Below, piece by piece: positions 18,344 through 26,044 of a stretch of 40,601 nt of DNA. The notes below the pieces were generated by a model that saw nothing but the letters and a program-made list of their open reading frames with translations, did not search any database and was not told where the DNA came from. The position numbers were made by a program, and so were the translations under genes. The stretch is from a virus: the IMG/VR virus record IMGVR_UViG_3300027509_000007. One strand, 5' to 3'. Numbering within the stretch: position 1 is the first letter of the stretch; the number at the start of each line of letters is the position of its first letter.

Positions 18344-20506
18344 TTATTTAAAATCCTTCAATAGATCGGTAATTTGATCAGATGATATGGTTGATTTTTC
18401 TTCTACAACTTCAACATCATCGATAATTTCATCAACAATTACATCTTCAGATTTAACCTTATCGATGTGGGCATCAGGACAACTTGGCACAGAAACAACC
18501 GACACCTCTGCAAGATTTAATTCAAGTAGATTACGAACAATCCTGCCACCAACGCGCTCACTACTCTTGCGAATTACACGATAACCAATTGATAATCCTG
18601 ATAGACTTTTTGACCTAATTAATTCAAGAACATCATTACCTAGTCGTGTCTTTGCCAGTGTTCCACGAACTCTCAAACCTGAAGGTGTTTCAGTGATTTC
18701 GTCCCAACGTCCAATAGGCTCCATAGGATTGTGATTAAAATACATCATCACCTGTTTGCCAGTGTTGAGGCTTCGCTTAAAGGCTCCCAATTGCACAATG
18801 TCACCATGACTATCAAGCGTTGGTACTGATGCCCATCCTTCAATAGTTCCATCTTCAGCTTCAGCCACTTCTAGTGAAACAGTGCTGTTCTTAACTTCGT
18901 AATCATCATGACCTGTTTGATTTTTCATGTACGTTTTAAACTCGACGATATTTTTATCTAGGTCAGTCTTATATTCAGCATCTTGGATGCCTTGAAGTTG
19001 CTTTTCTACTTCATCAGAATCGATTTCTTCAACTTCTTCAACTTCTTCAACTTCTTCAACTTCTTCAACTTCTTCAACTTCTTCAACTTCTTCAACTTCT
19101 TCAACTTCTTCAACTTCTTTGTCATTGTCAACAACAACAATGTCATACTCAACACCATTGATCGTAACGAATTCAGCTTCTGATTCAATTGCATCTGCAA
19201 TTAGGTCATTAACTGCCGACTTTGAATCATCATCACCTGCATCATCTTCTTCTACTGTAGGAACGACTGGTTCAACAGCATCTTCTTCTACCGTTTCAAC
19301 TTCTTCTTCAACTTCCTCAATAGGTGGCAATCCCAACCGGTCTCGTTTTTCATTAGTCGTTAGAACTTCAGAAAGTGAATACCGTTCTGCTAGTTGATCC
19401 CTTCGTGGTTGTAGTGCAAGAATCTGATCTTCATCAATGCAGATTTCAAAGTTAGGGTCAAATCTTGGTGCAAGCCAGTAATTTAATTCGGTAGCCAATG
19501 TTGATGCTGCATTCATAACAGTCGATTCATAGAAATGTAATTTTAATTCTTCGATGTTGCTGAACGTGCTCGCCTCAGAATTCGAGATTAGTTGACTTGG
19601 AACACCTAATGTTGCACAGATGATTTTGGTCAACTCTTTTTTGGTTTCCAAGTAATCCATCTCTCTGGCATTAACAGACAGTGGCTTTACATCTACTTCA
19701 CTCGATAGAATGTTCTGGCCTGAATTATGTGGGCCTGAATAGCGACTATTAATTGTGTCTCGCATTTCGTCTTGCTGATCTTTATCAATTTCGTTTTTAA
19801 AACTCCATATTGCTGAAGGTCGCGCCCCATTCTTTAACAGATTTGTATTGTGAGTTTGACCCGCATTTAATAATGCAATTTCGCTTGAACAACGTGATAA
19901 CGGACTAGTACCCCAATGACAATCCATTGCACTAGCATTTTTGATATGTAATACATCAGAATCTCCGCTGATTTGATCAACAGGGAATTCTATTTGTCTT
20001 GTGTTAGTGCCATTGTTTGATGGTGTGTAACGATACAGTTCTGGTAGTCGATTTCCATTCTCGACAATATCAATCATTGCAGGATTCAATAATTCTAATT
20101 CTTTAATTTTGCCATTGTTTAATTCGATCTTTCTGATGAATATGTTTCCAGATATAAGGCGATATAAAGTTGCAGTATAGAAAAACTCACTTTTAGACAT
20201 GTTTACACACGGACGTTGTAACAACATTTCTAGGTCTGAATCCTCGATACGTTCTCCAGTACGCCGGTCTTTAATTATCCAGTGAAGATCACCAATGCTC
20301 GATGCAACCAAATCAATGCAAGATGATGCAACAGCATTTTTCTCAAAAGCCTCTGTTGCTAATTTTCGATATGAACGGGAATGAATGTGCTCTGAATCGT
20401 TAGACAGAATAAATTCAGAGTATTGTCTGCTGAATGCCGTTTCATTTGAACTGGATTTAAAACTGTCAGGTAATAGAATGCCTGATTTATGTTGGGAGTA
20501 AGCCAT
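18344..20506 (-). CDS. Portal protein fused to an HK97-type prohead protease, 720 aa.
   Basis: About 400 aa at the N-terminus look like an HK97-type portal. An acidic linker with a (VEE)10 repeat follows. The C-terminal segment EGWASVPTLDSHGDIVQLGAFKRSL...MYFNHN...PIGRWDEI...GLRVRG...LSGLSIGY matches my recollection of the S78/U35 prohead protease. Confidence 0.75.
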   Translation of the reverse strand: MAYSQHKSGILLPDSFKSSSNETAFSRQYSEFILSNDSEHIHSRSYRKLATEAFEKNAVASSCIDLVASSIGDLHWIIKDRRTGERIEDSDLEMLLQRPCVNMSKSEFFYTATLYRLISGNIFIRKIELNNGKIKELELLNPAMIDIVENGNRLPELYRYTPSNNGTNTRQIEFPVDQISGDSDVLHIKNASAMDCHWGTSPLSRCSSEIALLNAGQTHNTNLLKNGARPSAIWSFKNEIDKDQQDEMRDTINSRYSGPHNSGQNILSSEVDVKPLSVNAREMDYLETKKELTKIICATLGVPSQLISNSEASTFSNIEELKLHFYESTVMNAASTLATELNYWLAPRFDPNFEICIDEDQILALQPRRDQLAERYSLSEVLTTNEKRDRLGLPPIEEVEEEVETVEEDAVEPVVPTVEEDDAGDDDSKSAVNDLIADAIESEAEFVTINGVEYDIVVVDNDKEVEEVEEVEEVEEVEEVEEVEEVEEVEEVEEIDSDEVEKQLQGIQDAEYKTDLDKNIVEFKTYMKNQTGHDDYEVKNSTVSLEVAEAEDGTIEGWASVPTLDSHGDIVQLGAFKRSLNTGKQVMMYFNHNPMEPIGRWDEITETPSGLRVRGTLAKTRLGNDVLELIRSKSLSGLSIGYRVIRKSSERVGGRIVRNLLELNLAEVSVVSVPSCPDAHIDKVKSEDVIVDEIIDDVEVVEEKSTISSDQITDLLKDFK
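19025..19119. repeat. Perfect 9-bp tandem repeat (ttcttcaac) x10 plus a partial copy. It encodes (VEE)10 in the portal-protease linker.
   Basis: Read directly from the sequence. The repeat is in frame (9 bp equals 3 codons). Confidence 0.95.
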
Positions 20507-20566
20507 TTAATTACCTATATAGGATGGATATAGGTTATTTATTCAATACTTTGCTGAAGTTAATGA

Positions 20567-22060
20567 TCAAGCAACCCATGCTTTCTTCTGGTTAGAGATT
20601 AACAATGCGCTCACTGCATAAACTAATGCATCCATTCTGTCAGGACTCTTTTGGTTCCGACCTAATTTTGGTGACCATGTGACCATTTCTTCTTCGAGTT
20701 TTTCATGCACACCCACATGTGAGATTAAATTACGACTGTATAAATTTGAGACTGGTTCTGCTCGTGTGTACTTTCCAATTCGTGCATGTATCTTTTGAAT
20801 GTTCATGTTGGTGTCTTGTTGTCTAAGCACTAACTCCACCATGTCTCCACCTTGATTGACCTCGGCGATGCAAGCTGATGCACCATGTCTGTTGTATGCA
20901 TCTGCAACGATAGCAGCCCATCGTTCTGGCAATTCCTTAATACTTAAATCTTCAAGAACGTATGCTCTATCTTCGACTTTGGCTGCAACACAAATTCCAC
21001 ATAGATCAGATGATTTGTTATTGGTGGTCGATGGGTCAACTGCAATAACAATTCTTTCAACTTCATGAAATATTGATTTAAAGAATTGTTTTGTCACTCT
21101 GTTCTTTTCAATGGATTCACTTTCAAACAGACTGTCAGGATTATCAAGCAGAAGTTCTGCATTCATTTCTTGGCGACCTAGACGAGTATTACCATAACGT
21201 TTCTGCAATCGCTTCATGTAGCCTTTGGTTAATGCGGTGTTCTCACCTGAACTACCAGTGACAACAGTGACATCATCAGAATCTTGCAACAGTTCTTTTG
21301 CTAGTTCACTCGGACGTGGCGTGGATGCAATTACAACTTGCTGTTCATCATCACCACCTAATCGAAGCGTAAATTGCAACTGGTCATAGACTTCTCTTTG
21401 GTATGGCATCAAAAATAATTCATCAATTAGAATTAACTGTGCTTCTGAACCTGCTATACCATCGGGTTGTTCTCCAGTGAACGTTGTTATCTGCGAGCCA
21501 TTTGCATACACGGCTGTCTTAGTACTTGGGTTATAGATAGGCTTTCTTGCTGGATGTGATAGCGCAATAATTCCCGACTTACCGCGCATGATCGTGTTTC
21601 TATTGTCTGAGGCGGTTTGTCCGCAGATGCTAATTTTGCATCCTGCATGTGTTTCTGCGAATTCTTTAGCGTATTGAGCTAAACAAAATGTTTTTCCATT
21701 TAATGGCTGGTGGCCTTTCAGATAATGTTAGTTAAATGAAAGGCCACCAGCCCCGAATCCCCTGCCTGCGCTGTAGATCACTACAGGGTTTTCATCAGGT
21801 TTTAATATTTGCTGTTTACGTCTGCCAATGAAGCGGACGTTATATCCAAGCTCAAGTTTTATATCATCAGGAATGACTTTCCATATCTTGTGCCTTTCAG
21901 TATGTACTTTTAATTGTTCAGCAACAGATGCTTCTATATCTTCATCAAAATTAATAAACTCTTTAATCTTAGTAAGGAATGGTTCAATATCAGGGATATC
22001 GAAGTCAATCGGACTTTCAAGGTATGACTGTGCTGAATTAAATTGTTCTTTTCTCTGCAT
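20567..22060 (-). CDS. terL: Large terminase subunit. It is a single reading frame interrupted by one in-frame TAA (21728..21730) inside a 57-nt hairpin segment that splits Walker A.
   Basis: Track ORFs 21728..22060 and 20567..21589 share a frame (22060-21589=471). Codons 21727..21590 are open. The sequence reads ..VVIYSAGRGFG[AGGLSFN*HYLKGHQPLNG]KTFCLAQYAKEF..GQTASDNRNTIMRGKSGII.. A nuclease-like C-terminal half follows (IAVDPS..D..GI). Confidence 0.8.
21705..21752 (-). other. Perfect 16-bp inverted repeat with a 16-nt loop, inside terL. The loop carries the in-frame TAA.
   Basis: Arm ggctggtggcctttca lies at 21705..21720 and arm tgaaaggccaccagcc at 21737..21752. The loop is 21721..21736. 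Confidence 0.95.
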
Positions 22061-22470
22061 TATTCTTTCTCGATGAATTCACCGTCTAAGGCTTCATTCT
22101 TGTTTTTATTGATTTCTTTCGATAGATCATCCAGTGGTTTCATATCCAGTAATTCATCCAGAGACTCTAGTGCTCTTTCATGGGTGACTTTAACGTTGAC
22201 GTTGGTTGTGGTTGTCACTTCAGATTCAATGCGTTTGGCCTTTCGATTGTGCATGTATGGCAATAGATCATTGGCGGCTTTTTCAGCCAGTTTTGGGTCT
22301 GTGTTAGGATCGTTATAGAGCTTTAATAGGAACGTTAGCGGTGACTCAAGCTCTGAGTAGGCTTCCATTCGGGCAACTGATTTCTCGACGATATCCAGCA
22401 AGACTTTTTCTTGGCGTTGTGCTCCAGAATTGGCGGCTTTCTTTTTGGTTGTTTTAATATCTTTGCTCAT
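22060..22470 (-). CDS. Putative small terminase subunit, 136 aa.
   Basis: It lies immediately upstream of terL with a TAATG overlap. It has a basic N-terminus and an ..AANDLLPYMH.K.. motif I recall from small terminases. Confidence 0.5.
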   Translation of the reverse strand: MSKDIKTTKKKAANSGAQRQEKVLLDIVEKSVARMEAYSELESPLTFLLKLYNDPNTDPKLAEKAANDLLPYMHNRKAKRIESEVTTTTNVNVKVTHERALESLDELLDMKPLDDLSKEINKNKNEALDGEFIEKE

Positions 22471-23039
22471 ATGCCTACTAACTCCACCATTAACATTTCA
22501 TGGTCATGGATTTTGTTTAATGTGTTTAACCTGTCTCTGAATGTTTTTGCATTAAATGCTTTTTGTTCATCAGTGGTAATTAATTCGTGCAGATGCTCTC
22601 TCATTGGTTTGAGTAGTTCACTCTTGCGTTGAGGTGATAGCTTGCGTTTCTCGATAATATTTCTGGCATGATCAACTTCAGTAGCTGTGACCTTGAACGA
22701 TGCTTCCCAATCATCAGCCATTGTTTGAATGGTGTTATCGTTAATTAATTGCGGGTTGCGATGTATCATTTCCTTGATGTACTTGATATCCACAATAATC
22801 ACATCAACATTTAATTTGTTCAGGCTGGTGTTGATCATCTGATATCGTGCTTCATGGTATGAACAACCGTGTTCTTTCACATAGGCGTTGACATGCATAG
22901 AGAACGGCACAGGAATCAATTCAGCACTGATGCCTATCGTGGATAGATGTTCGATGAATAGATTTGTTTTGTACCGTTTGGCTCGTGCAACAGGGGCATG
23001 GACGATGATTGGTGATGATTTGTGTTTTAATTGGTTCAT
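22467..23039 (-). CDS. Hypothetical protein, about 190 aa from the ATG at 23039. It is the first gene of the late block.
   Basis: Long ORF with an ATGA overlap onto the next gene. The track start at 23066 is TTG. Confidence 0.6.
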   Translation of the reverse strand: MNQLKHKSSPIIVHAPVARAKRYKTNLFIEHLSTIGISAELIPVPFSMHVNAYVKEHGCSYHEARYQMINTSLNKLNVDVIIVDIKYIKEMIHRNPQLINDNTIQTMADDWEASFKVTATEVDHARNIIEKRKLSPQRKSELLKPMREHLHELITTDEQKAFNAKTFRDRLNTLNKIHDHEMLMVELVGI

Positions 23040-23066
23040 ACCCTTATTTAATAAAGATATGATCAA

Positions 23067-24175
23067 TGGTAAGTAGATGTATTGACGGGTTTGGTACTGT
23101 ATGGATGTACAGTGGTCTAGTATCGAACCAATTACGGTATAAAAGTATTATTAAACAGTACTGGATAATGTATTACGGTTGCGTGGCGTGATTTGGTACG
23201 ATTAAAGTATGATTAAATTGTTATTGAGATACTGGTTGGTTCGTTTACAGAGATGGCGCGATTTTCGTTAACTAGGTCACATTTTTTAAATTTTTGCGAT
23301 GAAAGTCCGCTAAAAATGAGAACCAATCAGCATTTCTCAAATGTTTTTTGTGAACCCCTAGCCAAAACGGTAAGATAATTCTGAAAATTTCTAGATCATA
23401 CATATGGAATTGCAAGGAACCAGTCTACATTTCTGATCATTAACTAAATGCTTGATTTGTTAACTCGATCACAATGTATATCCGTCTACAATTTTAATTG
23501 ATTTTGTTAACTCCATCCGATTGTCGATTACATCCCAATGTATACCAGTTAATGTGGTATAAAAACAACTACAATCTAGATCATACCTACGATAGTACTT
23601 GCATTTTGTAATGTATTATGATTTAATTGTTGAATCACATCGAATAATGATAACTCTATCACGCGATTCGATCCCACCAGTCATCAATCCATCATCTGTA
23701 ATAACCGGCAATCGGTAGAATTAATGGATAAAATCAATAATAATGTCGTATGTGATTGATTCTATTGAAGAATAATTAATAATTGATTATGTGAAGTCGG
23801 TTAAGAGGTGGGCAGTGGTGATATAATCCATCATGTCATAACTGTTAATTAATTATGATGCTTGATTTTATGTTATAATTAATCATGCGACTCTGAAAGC
23901 CCAGCCTAATGTATGCGCCCACACTTCCTTCTTGGCGCTTGTCTCCACATACAGTACAGATATTATATTAAATTATGGATTTGATTACGTTGAAGTGATC
24001 CACAGAACCAATCACGATATAAAATGTTGATTGTTTTTGTGCTGTAATTAAATTTCGGATGGAGTTCATGTTCTCTGTGCTGCTCTTTAAGCTCCTGTAC
24101 GCTCATCTGGTGTGATTGTACATCTGATGGTGTGATCGTTGAATGGTGGATCAGCCTCGCATCGTGGTGATGAAA
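23067..24175. other. ORF-free, repeat-rich 1.1-kb region between the early and late blocks. It is a candidate cos/pac site, origin or late control region.
   Basis: No ORF of 60 aa or more on either strand. It contains several short direct and inverted repeats, listed in the findings. Confidence 0.6.
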
Positions 24176-24361
24176 TTAGATATCATCTAGTTCTTTAATT
24201 GTTTGTTTGGCAGCGGTTTCATTGTTTTCTCGCTCAATCTGTTTGCCTATCCGTTCAGCTATTTCCTCGATGTTGGGGTCGTGTAGGTCACTACATTCGA
24301 TGGAGTCCTCACATTCGATTGGTTCGTCCTGTCCAAGTACGTAAGTTTTATTTTTAGTCAT
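24176..24361 (-). CDS. Hypothetical acidic protein, 61 aa.
   Basis: ORF with an ATGA overlap onto the upstream small ORF. Confidence 0.55.
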   Translation of the reverse strand: MTKNKTYVLGQDEPIECEDSIECSDLHDPNIEEIAERIGKQIERENNETAAKQTIKELDDI

Positions 24362-24531
24362 GTGGTAGTTAGTTCTTTAACAGAACATGAGATGGTTTCG
24401 AGTGCACTCGGATCGGTATGAAATAAAATCATCAGCAATAGCACTACAACTATTATAGTAATCGCTAGGTAATCTACTTTACCGTATCCAACTAATACAC
24501 CAACTACGAATAGTATTGCTGGTAATGTCAT
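24358..24531 (-). CDS. Hypothetical 57-aa membrane protein with two hydrophobic helices. It is below the ORF-track size cutoff.
   Basis: Manual translation gives MTLPAILFVVGVLVGYGKVDYLAITIIVVVLLLMILFHTDPSALETISCSVKELTTT. It has ATGA overlaps with both neighbours. Confidence 0.55.
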   Translation of the reverse strand: MTLPAILFVVGVLVGYGKVDYLAITIIVVVLLLMILFHTDPSALETISCSVKELTTT

Positions 24532-24752
24532 GACACCTCTCCATAGACTGGTTCTTCTGCCATTGATTCAACTTTGTTAATGGCCTCGATAATTGAATCT
24601 GAATTCTTGACCAGTCGTTTGATTGATTCAAATCCTTCACGCCTATAACAGATCGTCGGTTTTCCATCCTCTGAAAGAATGATCTTCATTCCATCTTCAA
24701 GTGAATTGCATATAGCTCGTAGTAGTATTGCTTTTAATATTTCATCTGTCAT
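24528..24752 (-). CDS. Hypothetical protein, 74 aa.
   Basis: ORF in the operon context, with overlapping start and stop codons. Confidence 0.55.
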   Translation of the reverse strand: MTDEILKAILLRAICNSLEDGMKIILSEDGKPTICYRREGFESIKRLVKNSDSIIEAINKVESMAEEPVYGEVS

Positions 24753-24955
24753 AGTTTGTCCATTGCATTGAGTGCATTTTTTAATTCGTTAATTTTCTCT
24801 CTGTTCAGTATTTCGTTCATCCTTTGCATGAATCGTTTGTTCCGTACTTTCTTGAAGAACGAATCACCATCGGTGTCACCTCTTTGTTTGATCCGTCTGT
24901 ATTTGGTCAGATCAGAAGCAGATATTTTATTTGGTGGTGGTGGATTACGTGGCAT
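24749..24955 (-). CDS. Hypothetical basic protein, 68 aa.
   Basis: ORF with an ATG start, in the operon context. Confidence 0.55.
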   Translation of the reverse strand: MPRNPPPPNKISASDLTKYRRIKQRGDTDGDSFFKKVRNKRFMQRMNEILNREKINELKNALNAMDKL

Positions 24956-24965
24956 TTATTAATCC

Positions 24966-25460
24966 TCAAGCACTATCTTTATAAACTACTGGGCCAACAA
25001 TCCAGTTTTGATCGATCATATCAATCTTTGCAATATCCTCAGTGCTCATGGGAACTCTACTTGATATCTCCAACAGCTCTGTCTCATGGTTATAATCACC
25101 AGTGACATTCTCAAGTTTCAAGCTGCCATCCTCGTGCTTAGACTGCAAGATACCTTTGACTTGAATTGAAAATGAATTCTGTGATGTGCCATTTTCTTTT
25201 AGAGTTAACACAGTCTCCAAGCGATGAGTCAACATTGTTTCTGAGTGTTTAACATCAGGCTCTAGCTTTTCAACTAATTTATTTGTAAATCCGTACATCA
25301 TAGCTTCCAAGTGCAATTCATCTGCTGCATTTCTAAAAATATGTATTGGGTTCGCTTCCTCTAGTTCAGGATTAATTTCAACATTAATCCAACACCGAAG
25401 GTGACACCAATAAACAAATGACAACACACAACTGATAACCAACAACGTATATAAAATCAT
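24966..25460 (-). CDS. Hypothetical protein with an N-terminal transmembrane anchor, 164 aa.
   Basis: The N-terminus is the hydrophobic helix MILYTLLVISCVLSFVYWCHL. Confidence 0.6.
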   Translation of the reverse strand: MILYTLLVISCVLSFVYWCHLRCWINVEINPELEEANPIHIFRNAADELHLEAMMYGFTNKLVEKLEPDVKHSETMLTHRLETVLTLKENGTSQNSFSIQVKGILQSKHEDGSLKLENVTGDYNHETELLEISSRVPMSTEDIAKIDMIDQNWIVGPVVYKDSA

Positions 25461-25517
25461 ATTTAAAATCCTCTATTGTTATTATTACTTAGTGCTCAAA
25501 TTCAACCACGTTGTTGG

Positions 25518-25706
25518 TCAGATTTGTTGCATCCTTCGAAACGACATCCATAGATCATTCTCTTTGTCGCGCTGTTTTAATTTTAATTTACGAAGTTCGA
25601 GTTGCTGTGCTTCGATGTTGGATTTTTCATCGGAGATTGATTGGATGGTTTTCTGGAACAGAGATATTGCAGATGGGTCTTGGAGGAATTTCTTTTTACG
25701 TGGCAT
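25518..25706 (-). CDS. Hypothetical protein, about 62 aa from the ATG at 25706.
   Basis: The track start at 25721 is TTG. The ATG at 25706 gives MPRKKKFLQD. Confidence 0.5.
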   Translation of the reverse strand: MPRKKKFLQDPSAISLFQKTIQSISDEKSNIEAQQLELRKLKLKQRDKENDLWMSFRRMQQI

Positions 25707-26044
25707 AACAATCTCGTTCAAGTGAAGCTGTATTATAAAACGTGTGATATTTAATTACCACTGTTTGATGGATTAATTATAATAATTAATTTGCCAAGCT
25801 ATGGAAGTACTGATAAATGCATGAGCAGTTGTAAACGAACAAATCAATAACTGAGATATACCGAGATATAACAACTGACAAAGGTGAAGATGAAAAAATG
25901 AAGTCTTATATATATATATGTTACGCCCAGAAACCAGCTTTTCGCTATTTCCCTTTGTTTATATACCTCTCAGTGTTTTAGTGCGGCAGAATCGAGGGCA
26001 GAAATTTCGTTAATTCTCGATTTTTGCCTTCAAAATCAGCCCTA

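Noticed and set aside
19025-19119. A regular short repeat array that might be mistaken for a CRISPR-like array or non-coding satellite.
   Set aside because: The unit is only 9 bp with no spacers. It lies in frame inside the portal-protease ORF and encodes (VEE)10. The ORFs at 18983..19183 (+) and 19006..19200 (-) are low-complexity translations of the same repeat.
20567-22060. Genome-wide alternative genetic code (TAA read as sense) as the explanation for the in-frame stop in terL.
   Set aside because: All other long genes I checked, including the 1528-aa and 1382-aa ones, are intact under the standard code. Several genes I checked end in TAA exactly where the neighbouring gene starts (TAATG overlaps). 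Reading the stop as sense would still leave 19 extra residues inside the P-loop.
24479-24667. ORF 24479..24667 (-), and 25492..25725 / 25511..25708 (+), 24756..24962 / 24824..25105 (+), 22043..22318 / 22411..22632 (+), 21828..22076 (+), 30154..30369 (-), 31763..31945 (-), 34318..34512 (-), 34720..34911 (-), 35647..35847 (-), 37218..37505 (+), and 38663..38863 (-).
   Set aside because: Each overlaps a better-supported gene in another frame or on the other strand. The supported genes have operon coupling, ATG with a ribosome-binding site, or recognisable motifs. None of these ORFs has independent support.
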